From: Rhina ancylostomus
Taxonomy: Eukaryota
Assembly: GCA_030265395.1 (NCBI GenBank)
Contig: JARFYF010000001.1
Span: forward strand, 101,261,427 to 101,325,426
DNA length: 64,000 nt
Reading direction: 5' to 3'
The translations under genes were made by a program, and so were the position numbers. This document shows positions 25,895-39,780 of this stretch, piece by piece. Numbering within the stretch: the stretch's first letter is position 1; each line of letters begins with the position of its first letter. Below the pieces are notes generated by a model. The model was not told the DNA's origin and did not search any database. It saw nothing but the letters and a program-made list of their open reading frames with translations.

Positions 25895-27334
25895 NNNNNN
25901 NNNNNNNNNNNNNNNNNNNNNNNNNNNNNNNNNNNNNNNNNNNNNNNNNNNNNNNNNNNNNNNNNNNNNNNNNNNNNNNNNNNNNNNNNNNNNNGTGTCA
26001 CCACCCCCCCCCCCCCCCTCTTGGGAGCACTTCATCTACTTCACTGTTTTATATCTTTGGTATAAGGGGATGACTAAAGCTGCAGGTAAGGTGAAGTTTA
26101 AGTATTTGTACTAGATTCAAATTTAATGCTTAGTTTTGCATTCTTACATCTCGATACAAAATTACAACCATACTTTAACACATCAGTTTGTTATTTTACT
26201 GCCCTTACTGCAGTTTTCAATTACTGTATCCATTGAAATCAATGCACAAGTATGAGCATAACATGCAAGTTATAGTTTCAGGAGCCTTTCTTATATCCTT
26301 AAGAATAATTCTTCTGCTTTGAAACCTAGCAGTGGTATTGTAACCATTAAATGAATTTGCCCTCTCCCTATTTTGATTGTTACCGATATATTAGCTGAAT
26401 CATGCTATTGGCTGTAAGGAACAAAGTTTTGAAGCAGGAGTTATAAAATTTTTAAAAGACTGAAAAGCAATGAAAATTCAAAATTAGCAATACATAATAA
26501 AAAGAGCATTTAATTGCCAATTCACAAATGATACCTTTCTTTAAGAAGTCACTTTAGAAGAGGTTATCCACATGCAGCTCCACTTGTTTTAGATAAGTAA
26601 AGAATGAATAAGAAAACCAACTGATGAGACTTGTGCTGATCTCCACAGTATCCTGAGTCAGTGCCACAAGATGTGGTGAGATGGATGATACATCCATTTT
26701 GCAATTGAAAGAAAATAGCAACAGTGTGCATATGTTTAATCTATTGAAAATATGTATGCTCAGAAAAAACTTGCATTTATAAAACTTGCATCTTATACTG
26801 TTACATGGTGAATTATGTTCTGTAGCTACATAGAATTTTGTGCAGTTAGAAATGCAGATAAAAAGATTTTCAGTATTTGAATTGATCGTAACTGAGAAAT
26901 TGGCTTTGCACAAAAACTATCTTTAGCAAATTAAATAATATTAACAAAGTCATATTTTATGGTTTTGTGTTGTAAAGTTATATTATTTTGAAACAGCTTA
27001 ATTGAGTATGTTGTGGCTGCCTTTCAAAATGTGAGCAACAAAAATAACATGTGACTGGAACATTTGTACAACTGCTATCGAGAGTAGCCATAGCTTTATA
27101 ATTGAAAGCAGCTCCTGTGTTATAGCAGATCTTTTGTGTCATGCTTATGACTTGTAAGCAAAACTACTAGAATGTTTCAGAATTTTCTAAACTCACAAAA
27201 ATTGAATCAGAAACATTTGCAAATATGGAAGATCTCAATGTACTCTTTTGTTTTGAGAAGAAAAACAGTAATCTATAAAGGTTTTGCTGGGCAAATTGAA
27301 GACAAACAACTATATGCATGTTTCCTACTTTCAG

Positions 27335-27410
27335 CTTGCTCTCACGTGTAATGAATACTGGATCACAGTTTGTGATGGAGGGAGTTAAGAATTTTGTGCT
27401 GAAGCAGCAA
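27335..27410 (+). CDS. SCFD1: SCFD1 coding exon, 76 nt
   Basis: ctttcag|C TTG CTC...CAG CAA|gtgagt; LLSRVMNTGSQFVMEGVKNFVLKQQ. Confidence 0.97.
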
Positions 27411-30400
27411 GTGAGTATATTTATTTTAGTTAATCCAAGTGCAAAACAGTTTAATGGTAGAATCAAAGTAATATTAGGCCACAAATTGAAGAATCCAGGC
27501 ATGATTTGATTTAAAATCTGCTCAAGTGCCCCTCTTCGCATCCAGCTTTGCAGTGTTGGAGTTTTGCTGCATCTGCAGGTTGTACCAGAAAAAACTGAAT
27601 TTAAATGTAGCCTATCCGTGAAAAAGATTCATTTCAGTTAATAATGCCACAAAGGTGTCTTCATTTGTCTGAGCAGTGCTGCAAGGCACTATCAGAATTC
27701 TGTATTGCATCCTCTGCCTCTTGTGTACAATAGCAGCATTGTTTCCTATCTAAAGGATACTGTATGTAACAGCAACCCATGTCTACTTGCAGAATAATTC
27801 CAAGTCCCAAAACTTCTACAATCAAGGGCAGGAACTTTCCAAGAACATCTGCAAGTTTCCTTCTTAAACCATACTTTCATTATTGCCAAGCCAGTTCCTA
27901 TTTCGTATATTCATTGGAGTGCCATCACTACAAAAAAACTGCATGTTAATTTCTCCTTGCCAATCCAAAGCAACCTGAAGGTGCAGTTATTCAGATTATG
28001 CAATTATTGTTGATTTGACATAAGCATTTGAAATGGATGGAGGAATCAGGAGAGTTTTTTTATTGGATTCACCCTATGTAGGAATGCTAACAGTGCTATT
28101 CCATTTTACAACTGCCTTCAGGTTGTTCAGATACTACTTTGCAGCACTGCTCAGACAAATGAAAGCACTTTTGTGGCATTATTAGCTGAATTTTTTTTCT
28201 TGGATAGGCTGCACTTAAATCCAGTTTTTTCTAATACATCCTGCAGGTGCAACAAAACTCCAGTGCTTCAAAGCTGGATGCAGGTAGGGATGCTTGAATG
28301 GATTTTAAATCTAATCAAGTCTGTATTCATTACATTAGTGTTCCTTGGAGACACAAGAGACTGCAGATGCTGGAATCTGAAGTAAAAATACAAACTGCTG
28401 GAGGAACTCAGCAGGTCAAGCCGCATCTGTGGAGGCAAAGGAAAAGTCAATGTTCGGGTCAAGACCCTGCATCAGGAGTTCCTACAGCAGTTTGTTTTTG
28501 CTACAAGTATTCCTATATTGGTTAGTGAGAGTGCAAATGTAACACTGCAGCAATAATGGAGCATCTGTTTCAGCCAGCAAGCCAGCTGAAAGTTTTCTGT
28601 GGTTTGACCCCAGCACAGTGTAAGTGCTTCTACTTAAGGATCACCAGTTACACACTCCAAAGGACAGGATCACACTTGAATGAACTTGTGCTAGCCACCA
28701 TGCTTTTCTCATGGCTGCTGGGTTCCAATTGAATTCGGGGCCTGGTTACAGCGGCTGGCCTGTGAGACGAAATAGGTTGCAAATGGCAGCAGAGCCTCTG
28801 TGATAGCCTTTTGGACAAATCAGAGACATAGAAATCTATCTGAACTCTCTCTAAATGATATTAAAAGGATGTTTTTTCTAAAAACAATAGATTTGCTTAA
28901 ACTTCTAGAACATAATTAAAGGCAAGGTAAAGAAGCTTTAATAAAGAACTTATTTACACTTACCTTTTCAATCAAATGAATGTGGTTTTACCTTTACACC
29001 AGTAAACCATTGTGTAAAATTGAGGGGCTGGGTGTAAGGTGCATCCAAACCCTCAGCTCAGTATGTTCATGCTCCACTTCTGAACTCAATGCTGAGTTCA
29101 GCTGCAGAGACTGGAAGCATCTCATCTCCAGTTTATCTGTGACTTGCACATTGCAGTGCTCAGTCTTGTTAGAAATCAACTGACCAGCAAAGAGGAAATC
29201 ATCAGCAGTTCCCTATGGAAAAGCCGGCCAGAGGTGAGTGTGTTTTGGCCCAATCTTACCACGTATTGTCCAAGCCCTTGGGGACTGTTACAATTGTCCG
29301 TTGTCAAGCCTCTGAGAAGTGGTTGACTGCATGCCCTGGACTTTGTTAACACTACATTGCTTGGGAACTGAAGGAGTGTTAAGTATGCTGTATTTTCTGA
29401 ACCGTGAGCTTTAATGCCAGCAGAGCTACCATACGTTTGCCATTATTTCTGAATTCTCACAGCATTAGCTCACAGATGCCTCCATTTGAAAATATTATTG
29501 TGTTAGCTTGTTTCCAGCAAGTAAGACTTCCCAAATATTCAGTTATTCCTAGAGGATGACTATCAATTGCCAGCCCACCCAATCATACTTAACACCTATT
29601 GTAATATAAGTTTTCCCTTGGAAAATAAAAACAGAGGAGCTGGAAATACACAGCTGGTGATGGATTGGAAACAATAACTCTGTTTTTTCTCTCCACAGAT
29701 GCTGCTTGTATTTCCAGCATTTTGTGTTTTTATATAAGATTTCCAGCATCCATATGGTTTTGGCTCTCTCTTTGGGGAATTTTGTTTGCAACAGATTGAA
29801 ATTGTGCTTTTTTTAAAAATATTTGAATTGTATCATATTGTCATGGTATTGGTATTTTTGTGAGATGTGAACCTGTTTTATTAGTGAAAGCCAGGATGTA
29901 AATCAGTGTTAGTTGTGTGATATATTTATACATACATGAAATGATTGGACTCCATCTGAAGTAATGCAAGCAATATGGGCTGTCCAGTTATGAAAAAAGT
30001 TATTCTATCTTTTAATGGTTAATGAACAGTTATCAGCTAAGCTATAAGGTCAGAAAGAAAATGATTATTGTTTCAAAAAAAGGCAATTTGAAGGTTCTAA
30101 GGAAAAAATTGCAGTGAATCATTTGTGAGAAGGATCATAAATCTGTAGAATAAATTATGAAGGTAAGCCATTGAATAGGGCAGTATAGATAGGTCAATGA
30201 GAAGATTAAGTTAATTTGTGAAGGTATCATGAGGCTTTAGAATAAAATGACTAGATGAGACTGGCGTGTTTCTCAAATACTCTGGATTGTTCCTTATTTG
30301 TTGCTTTCTAGTGCACTTGATAAACTGCTGTACTGATAATTATCTAGTGTGCCCACTAATGTGTGAGCATTAGCACTTATGTAGCAGAACCTGGTCTCCA

Positions 30401-30489
30401 GATGGACTCCCTTGCCACTGGATCAAAGCCTTGCTGTGTGAAGCTTGTGTGATACAGCAACCTCATGTTAAAAGAAATCACACACATGC

Positions 30490-33382
30490 AATTTCCATTC
30501 TACAGTATGAAGTTCAGGATCTGGAATGTCAGGACTCTTGTGGACAACCTGAGTTGCCACTCTTCTATCATAGTTCAGGAGCTCAGATGCTTTGACATCA
30601 GCGTTATTGCACTGAATGAGATCGGACAGGTGGTAGAAGACAAATCTACAGAACAAGACTGTGTGTACACCTTCTGGAGGGGCAAACTAGAAGGGAAATG
30701 CTGCCCTCATTAATTGACCTTTCCATCATGAATGACCTGGTCCAGCATTTCAGTGACCTGCTCTTCAGAACAACTGAATGCCTGATGACCCACTGGATCA
30801 CTCACAGAATCAACACACTTTGGTCATCTGTGCATATGTGCAACCTTTGAAGCTCTGGACAAAGCTAAGTAGGACTCCTGCTCTGATCTTGAAAATATCC
30901 TGGTCTGCATCATGCCATCTAATCCAGTCTGATATCTCCTTCAAGTTGGCCCCAAAACAACATTACAAATGGAAACATCACAGCAAGAAGATCAACTTCA
31001 ATGCTCTCAAGGACCCCACAAAAGTAGTTCTTCTCAGACAGTTCCACTTGCCTGTCAAATCGCAGCCTACAAAAACCTCAAAATATCTAGAACTTATGGT
31101 CTCCTGTAACTGGCACCTGTAAATAGACTTTTAGCTTCTCTACCGACAAGAATCAAGACTTGTTTGGTAACAATGACCATGAGATTGAGGAGCTAATTAA
31201 CTGCAAATGAGGCATTCCTGGATTGGAAGTTCCACCTTAAGGAAGAAGGGACAGGTTTACAGGCATTTGATGGCAGCGATCTGGCAGAAAACCTGGTACC
31301 CAAAAAGAAAGATGGTAGATGGAGAGAGAGCAGAGGTTACTCAGCAACTTGTCAACAGCCGTCTTACACACGGATTTTGAAGCACTATAAAAACAATCTA
31401 CAGTCCATATTCTCAAGGTCTGACCTCACTGAGAGCCAGGAATAGGGGGTGAATATATCAGAGGCAGAAGAGCAGTCAATACTCACTAGAGGGAATGCTT
31501 CAAAGACCTCCTCAGATGTGACTCTGGCCTTGAAGCGAGTGCCCTTGACCCCATCTTAAAGCAACCTATCTGATTCAGCTTTTGCCCCACCACTGACCAA
31601 CAAACTTGAGAAAGCCATACCCCAACTGAAAAATAGCAAGGCTTTGGGGACAGACAGTATCCCCGTTGAAATCCTCAAACTCAGTGGTCATGAGCTACAG
31701 TCACAAATTCATAGCCTCATCACCCACATCTGGCAAGTGGAAAAAATATTCCATGGGACCTCAGCAATGCTGTAATTGTGAGCATGTTGAAAAGCAGAGA
31801 CGATTTTGACTGTGGTAACTATGGAGAAGTCTCTCAGCTGTCCGCCACAGTGAAAGTCATTGCCATGGTCTTCCTCTACCACATTCTCCAAGTGGCTGAA
31901 GAGTTGTTCCCTGAATCACAGTGTGAATTCCAGAGGCACAGTGAATGTGATTTCACCACGCATCAACTCGAGGAAAAATGCAGGGAGCAGTGCCAGCCAC
32001 TATACGTGGTCTTTTTTGATCTCCATCAATAGGGAACGCACTCCACATGTTCGGCTGCCTATAGAAATTCATCTCAATCTTATACTTGTTCCATGATAGC
32101 ATGTAAGCCATGATGTCAAGCAATGTGTCTTCAGCAGAATCATTCTGTGTGATGATTGCTATCAACAAAGTCTGCATCATTGCCCCAACACTTTTATCAA
32201 TCCTTCTTTCTGCAATATTGTATCTGACCTTGATCAACACAAGCATTTCCCATGGCAGTGGAGGTAACCTTCAGAAGTAATAGGGTGCTGTTCACCAATG
32301 GGAATTTCATCTTACGACCAAGTTCACCCAACCTCAGTGGTCAAGTTGCATATGATGCCTATCTTTGTGCACACTCAGAGGTTGAGCCATTATGGACTCT
32401 TTCACTTGTGCATCTGAGAGGGTGGGCCGAAAACTGGGCATGTGCAAGAAGTTGTTCCTCTGCCAATTTGCCCCCTACGCGTAACACTGCCCCCCAACAG
32501 TAAAGGTTCGTGATAGAATCCTGGAAAATGTGGGACTCCCGCCTTGGGGAAGACTGACACTGATTAACTTCATTTCCAGCTCAAATTCACCAGTGTGGCC
32601 TTTGACTGATTGAAGAAGGTGTCTGAAAAATCAAGACCTCAAACCTGGCACAAACTTATGACCTATCTAGCAGCAGTGATCCCTACCTTCTTATACTCTT
32701 CTGAGACCTGGACCACATTTGGCAAGCATTTCAAGACACTGGAAAATTTCCACCAACACTGTTTCTGCAAAATCTCCAGATTCACTGGAAGGATAGTAAC
32801 CTAATGCCAGTGCCCTCTCCCCAGGCCAGTGTCCCCAGTATTGAGGCCCTGGTCACACTTGGTCAGTTCCATTGGGCAGGGCCATGTCTTTTGCATGCCC
32901 AACACCAGAGCCTTGAAGTGCAAACCTTATTTTGAGCTCTTTCATGAGAAGAGATTACTAAGTAGACAGAACAATGATTGAAGGANNNNNNNNNNNNNNN
33001 NNNNNNNNNNNNNNNNNNNNNNNNNNNNNNNNNNNNNNNNNNNNNNNNNNNNNNNNNNNNNNNNNNNNNNNNNNNNNNNNNNNNNTTATTTTAAAAGCCT
33101 CCTTGAAGAAATGCACCATCTTTGCCGTCAAACCCATGACTTCTCAAGGTGAGGAGTATTCAGTACTGAGAACCTCGACAGTGGGAGCCGCAGAGGCCCT
33201 GTGTAAATACCAGAAGGTGTGGACCACCTCACAAATTACCCACCCACCCAATCCAGGAGCCGGCACCTGCCCCATCTGTAGAAAAGTTTGTGGTTCCCAT
33301 ATTGGATTCATTAGCCGCCTCAGAACCTACACCATCTGAGCAAAAGTAAGACATCCTCAATCCTGATGGCTACCAAAGAAGT
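30490..33382 (+). mobile_element. Long, heavily decayed RTE-clade LINE (APE endonuclease, RT, C-terminal Cys/His motif)
   Basis: FRIWNVRTLVDN..ELRCFDISVIALNE (endonuclease start); DCGNYGEVSQLS..AEELFPESQCEF..LEEKCREQCQPLYVVFFDL (RT); FLYSSETWT..LENFHQHCFCKI; TCPICRKVCGSHIGFISRLRT; many stops and frameshifts. Confidence 0.88.
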
Positions 33383-33974
33383 AGCGCTGTAATTTTAAGC
33401 ATCTGTCCTCCTGTAGTTTGTGTTCATTGTGATTCAAAGTTAGTTCTCTGTAAGATTATGCATGCTTTCTCTTAGCTCATGAAGGGAAATTGTTTCCTTC
33501 TGCAGCATGTTTCAGTAATTCTTATGGATTTCTTCCCAGACATTAATTAATCCACCTTGACATGTAATTTTACAAAGAATTAGTCTCCTAGGAATCATTT
33601 GATGAAAGCTTAGGCATTGGTGATGTATGTCTCAACAAAATGTTTTCAATAATCCAAATGTTATTTAATCATTTTAAATGAGATTATAAGAATCCTAGAA
33701 AATATTTCTCCAAAGGAAGATTTAATTTTTGGAAGAATAAGCAATGGTAGAGATTTTATTTTGGCTGAGTATTTACAATACCAAACAAGTAGCAGGAATC
33801 ATTATAGCCTTGCAATTTATTTTCTAGTGGAGCTTGAATTTTAAAAATGCAATTGGTTGAATTTAAATATCATAATACAAATTATAAACACATTAAAATA
33901 CAAGTTTCTTTTGGTTTTTGTGACTTGTTTAATATCAAAGCTAGATTTTGTTTTAATCCTTAGTATTTGATCTG

Positions 33975-34790
33975 GCATTTATTTCTCCATCAATAATTGG
34001 CTTTGAGAAGCTTTTTTGAACTGCCACAGTCCATGTGATGAAGGTGCTTGTGTGTGATTGTACAGTGCCAATAAATTGGAAATTCTCTAGCTCTGTCCTG
34101 CCATGATGGCAGCATTATATTTTCAATTGCAAAGGTATGTGACTTAGGGGTGATATGTCAGCTGCTTTTGTCCTTGTGCATAGTATAGTTGACAAATTTG
34201 GGAGCTGCCATTGGGTTTGAAGAAGCCTTGGTAATTTGCTGCAATGCATTGTACAGATGAGCAGTGCTCACTGTGTTGTGTTTATTATAAAGGGAGTACA
34301 TATTTCTTTGGTGATTAAATGCACTTCTTGGCCATGGTGATGCTGAATATCCTCAGTGTTATGAAAGTTGCATCCCTGACTTTTGCCTTGTAGTTGGAAG
34401 AAGGGTATGACATGTGGGTGTCGGGGGAAAATGTCGTGGTTGGAAGTAGGGTGCATTGGTGGGTATTGTATCATTAGGAAATAGAGTGTAGTTGCTGGGA
34501 TTAAAGGCCATGGATTGATATTGGTCTATCAGGAAATGAGGTGGGGTTTTTCAGTTAGGTACTTAGAGAAAATAGGTGGATTTTGGGCATCATGAGTTGG
34601 AGCACTGTGGTGTGTTGTTGTGAGTAAAAGACATTGGTGAGTTTTGGACCATTAGGAGATTGAGGAGGTGCATTTGTTGGAAGTGAAGGCCATGGGTGGT
34701 GCTGCTCTATCAGGAGATGAAGTGGGGTATTGCAGTTGTTAGTAGTAGAGGGTATTGGTGGTAATTGTGTCATCAGTAAATGCATGGAAC
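33975..34790 (-). mobile_element. Old LINE remnant (CR1/jockey group, subfamily not assignable)
   Basis: gaagccttggtaatttgctgcaatgcattgtacagatg shared with 49380-49790; endonuclease-like text on minus at 34555-34785. Confidence 0.45.
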
Positions 34791-37789
34791 ATCCTGTGAA
34801 GGGATGTCAGTAGTTAAAATATCTAACTTCGTGCTCTACAAATTGCTAATGAATTCTTCAGGTAGAATTAAAGGGAAGCAATTTAGATTCTCAATTAACT
34901 TAATATGTCTTTATGTCGTGGGGTGTTTGTACAGTAATGATTTGCATGTTTGTAAGATGAATTTAATGGTTATGCCTTTTCCATATCAATGTATACATAT
35001 GATTTTGAATGTAGAAACGAAGCAGTTTCATTTCAAGCACCCCAAGTGAATGGTACTCCCCACAGATAGCTCATTTCCTATGCAAACAGCCTTTTAGCAG
35101 CCCAACTATGAGCAGATCTCCAAGCTACTTTTATATAACACAGATCACAGACTATTTGTGTCTTATTTCTCCATCAAATAATAATTTATATGGAAGTCTC
35201 ATCCAGTTCACTTTAACCCTTTGTTCAAGCTGACTGAATATCATGCAAATCTGCGTAAAGTAGATTGTATATTGCAACTTATCAAAGAGCATATTGGTAT
35301 GATTTAGCCAAATTACCATTAGTTTATTTCTTACAACCTTTCTGGCTTTACCCCTCGAATGAAATGATAAAATTATTTGTAAGCGAAAGCAGATTTCTAC
35401 TAAGATGGCTCATTGATGCAACTAAATACTAATTTTGGGAATGTGAAATGCTGTTCTTGCAACTTTTGTGCTTTAATGCCACCAGAAATTTTGCACTATG
35501 TCTGGATTATGTAAGAATTTCTGCTTTATGAAATCTGAAGCTGATGTACATAATATTTAAATTATCTTTGTTTAGTATAACTGATACTGTATTGCTTGAG
35601 TTAGAATGGAACTCATAAGAAATGTGCAGACATAATTATACATCTGTTGTGTACATTGTGCCATATCTTTCACTGGTATCACACTCAAATGATGATGTGG
35701 ATCATGGTCTGCTGATTCATGAAATACAAAGTAAGCATGCAAGTACATTAGGCAATCAGGAAGACAAATTGAATGCTGGCCTTTATTACATCTTTATTGT
35801 AAAGGATTTGAATGCAAAAGCAAGGTATTCAATTTGTTGTTCATTAATCTTGCTAAGTCATCCTCCATTCAAAGCAACCAGAACCTATAACAATATTACA
35901 ACATAATTCTAAATTTTATATTTGATATCAAAACACAGCCACTTTGAAAGAATGGATTTAATAATTTTCAATGGTTTTGCTAATATTTTGAATTACCAAG
36001 GAAGCTTCATTAATTATATCATACAAGTTCCAAAAAATGTTAGTTTATTCCATGTAATAGTGGAAATTTCCCAAGTTTCCACTGTGGTTAAACCAAGCTT
36101 GCAGTCAGCTTTGATGATTCTGGATTTGATGATCCTATTTCAGTCATTCCATATCAGAAAACTTTGATGCTTTTGCTCTAGTAGGCACCTGTTAGGTAAT
36201 GTGTAATTAAAGCAGATAAGCAGTAACGTTATGGCTTACAAGGAAAATCCAATTAAAGGGATGCTGAAAAGACTTTGAGTGGTTTTTTTATGTCAGAGTA
36301 AAACTAATTTTGAACATTTTCTTTACATAATATTTGCAATTATTACTGCTAGTGAGCTAAAGCTGCTTTTGTTGAGCCAACTTTTGATGTCAATAGTTCC
36401 AACTTGCCAGCCATTTACCAACAGAGCTTTGATATTGTAACTCAGCAGTGGAGTACAAAGTTGTAGTGGACCTCCAGATTTAAGATGGACAATTGCCACA
36501 ACTGCCTGTAAAACATGCACCACTTAAGAACTGGTGCAGGAACAGCATCTTCATTAATTTTAAAGGAGAGGAAAACCTATGAGGGGCAAAGGTAAATATT
36601 AGGCCTTTTTAATTTTTGAGTTTTGATTTAGTGTAAGCATTCTTAAGTGTTCCTTTTTTAAAAATATGAATTAAGTTCTAGTTTTGATTTTTAAGTTACA
36701 TGTTCTTGTATGTTTCCATATGTTAGACATGCAGAAATATTATAGGTTTTTGAAAGGAGGAATGGCCAGCTAATCCAGGAAGTGTAAGCTTTTTTCAGCT
36801 GTTTCATGAATGGGGCCTTTTCCTTCTTTGCTATGTGACAGCAATAATGTGCACAGGACCCTGTTGTTCTGCAAGGCCTGACAGATGAGTATTGGGATGG
36901 CTTCAGTCAGGAAGTTTCCTCAAATGGGTCCACAAAAAGTATGTTTGTATTTAGTCCATGGCAAGCACAGGTTGTTTGCTGCCGACAGGAAATTCTAGAC
37001 CATTAATGTAGTATTACTTAGCCAAATTGAGTTAATAGACTGTTATACAAGTAAATGAAAACAACCAAAAAAATAAAGAAAATGGCATTTTACTCTCTGC
37101 TTGGCTGAACTTGAAAGCATAGAACAAATCTTTTGGTTTCTGCAACTATATTTACATGCTGTTAGTTTAAACCACTAAAGTACATTCTTTTTGTTCCAAA
37201 GCTGCCATTTTATTCATATGTACATTTTTATAATGTATTAATGGTGTTGAATGCCCTTACAAACCACATTTCATTACTTGTAAATTCATTTGATCATTGC
37301 AATATATAAAATATTCCACTGGTAGAATAATAGATTGTCCACATCTGTGTAAATATGATGGTATCTGTATCTGGCTGCTGGAAGCAGTTCACAGGAATGC
37401 CGAACAGAAGTATTTTTAATGTACTCTTCCTTTATTTAATCCTCATCTATCTCTATTTTTTTGACTAACTACCATGTGAACCCAGAGTCCTCTTATACAA
37501 AGAACTGGCTCCTACTCCATTGTTTCTACTTCCAAAAAACAACAGACCACCCAAATGGCTGTCATGATAATTGATGGTGTAAACAATTCATTCTCCTCAG
37601 TTAGTCTCCCTTTCAAATCAACTTCTTCAAACCCTTTCATTCTGTAACATTTCTATTTTTTTCTTCTATCTCATCTCTTGCCCTTGCTGAGTGTTGTATT
37701 CATGAGACCACCTCCTGCTGTCTTGCGTCTGTCCATTATCAATCTGCTGATCATTTAACTTCCCTTCCTGGTCCCCAGTTGTAGGTGGC

Positions 37790-39170
37790 TGAAAATCAAA
37801 AAACAAACTGCATATGTTGAAAACCTGAAGCAGCAGAAAATGTTGGAAGCACTCAGCAGGTCAGGCAGCAAATCTGGATAAGAAACAGAATAAGGTTTCA
37901 GGTCAAGGACCTCTCATCAGAACAAGTTCATATCAAGCTGCAGGGAGGGTGAGGCCAGTATTTCTAAAATTATTCCAATGTTTATAGAGCTGTCTGAATA
38001 ATAAATTGATAAAGGCAGTTGGAGAAAAAGAAAATAAAGGGGCAGGTCAGAGCTGCTGCTGAAATCTGATGCCAAAACGTGAGTATTGGAAATGGCCACC
38101 AGATCAAGCAGTGTTTATGGTGAAAGAAAAACTGAGTTGATATTACAGGTGAATAGCCTTATAGCACAACTGATCGGTACTGATACAGGCAGGAAAAGCA
38201 AGTGATCTGAAATAGCTGAATTTAATATCAAGTCCCAAGGGCTGTAACATACCTAGATGGAAATTAAGGTGCTATTCCTTACATTGGTATTTGATGGAAC
38301 GGTGTACAAAACCACAGGCTGATGGGATGGAGTGGGATGGAGAAGTAACATGACCAGTAACTAGGAAGGCTCTACATTTGGTTCTTCAATATTAGAAGAT
38401 ATTAGATTGTAAGCGCTGAATGCAGCATACTAGTTTGGAAGAACTACAAGTGAATTGCTGCTTCACCTAGGAGAATGGTTTGGGTCCCTCGTTGGTGGAA
38501 AGGGTGTTACATCTGCTGCAGTTATATGGGTAAGTGTTGCGAGGAGTGGAGTGGTTAATGGAGATGAAAGAGCAAACTGGGGGTCACAAATGGAACGGTC
38601 CCTTTTGGAATGCCGAAAGGGAAGGTGGAGAGTGAAAATGTGTCCAGTGGTGGAATCTTTTTGAAGGTGGCAGAAATTGCAAAGGAAGATTTGTTGAATG
38701 CGGAGGTGGAAAGTGAAGGATCGCAGGAGCCCTATCCTTGTTCTGTCGAGGAAGACAGAGGTGAGAACCAAGGTACATGAAATGGATGAGATGCAATCAA
38801 GGACTCTGTCAGCTATAGTAGAGAAAAGCTACATTTAAGGAAAAAGAATGACATCTCGAAGGCACCTGTGCAGAAAGTCTCATCATCAGAAAATGGACAA
38901 ACTGGGAAAATGTCTTTGCAGAAAGCAGGAAGGGAGGAAGCAGGATTGAGATAGCTGTGGGCTTGTAGTGGATATTAAATGTCAATATATCCCCTGTGAT
39001 GGCCACACAGAAATCCAGAAAGGGAAGAGTTGGAGGTAGACCATTTGAAAGTGATAGTAGGGTGGAAATTGGCAGCAAAATTAATGGCATTTTTCTGTTT
39101 TCTGCAAGTGTGGAAAGCAGCACTACAACAATCATCAGTGAACTGGGAAAAGGCGCAAGCTGTCCCCATG
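37790..39170 (-). mobile_element. Penelope-like element: RT and GIY-YIG remnant with two tandem terminal repeats (about 37795-37925 and 38050-38172)
   Basis: Minus strand TLPFLDFCVAITGDILTFNIHYKPT (RT) and LRIQQIFLCNFCHLQKDSTTGHIF...RDRSICD; 38205-38280 encodes the HLxFHLGMLQPLGLDIKFSYFR-type terminus. Confidence 0.8.
37888..37924 (-). ncRNA. Minimal type I hammerhead ribozyme motif (relic) in a PLE terminal repeat
   Basis: Minus: GTT-CTGATGA-G-AGGTC-CTT-GACCT-GAAA-CCTT-ATTC; both core boxes and helix II intact, helices I and III eroded. Confidence 0.6.
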
Positions 39171-39224
39171 TCTCAGAAGAAATTCTCTTTTCAGATCTGC
39201 TATCATTGTCCGGCTTAAGAAAAG

Positions 39225-39780
39225 GCACCCCTCCAGTCAGGCTTCCTGTCTTTCCACAATACTGAAATGGAGCCAATCTGGATCTCAAATTATTTCCTTT
39301 ATATGCCATCTCTTCTCTCCATCTCAATTTTTCTTCAGACTTTGCCACAATTGACACCATATTGCATTCACTACCTTGTTACTATTGTTCATCTGAGCGG
39401 AATTCTCCCTGCCTCACTTTTGCCTATCTATGATAGCTACAGAATCTCCTGCACTGTTTTCACTTCTTTTCCCTGACCATTATCTCTAAGTCCATCAAGG
39501 GTTTATTTTAAGTCCTCTCTTTTATGTCTCATCAATATGCTGCCCCTTGTTGACAAAGGAAGATGACTGCAGAATCCACAGGTACTCAGCCAAGACCCAT
39601 TGTTACTTCATCATTTCCAACCCCACCTTATCAATTTCCTTTGGCTAAACCATACTGTTTGCACCAGGAGCCAAACTTCCATCTCTTTATCCTTTCATTC
39701 ACAAGGAGTCTTATTTCTTCTCTATAATATCACCAGTATATCTTTTCTGTAGGTATCTTGTTTCATGGTATCTTAACTGG
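39225..39780 (+). mobile_element. Decayed L2-like LINE RT fragment
   Basis: ctc cag tca ggc ttc ctg tct ttc cac aat act gaa = LQSGFLSFHNTE, compare QSGFRxxHSTETAL. Confidence 0.5.

Noticed and set aside
34800-37500. Repeat-poor intronic stretch as a possible conserved non-coding element or snoRNA host
   Set aside because: No convincing C/D or H/ACA architecture seen, and conservation cannot be assessed from one sequence
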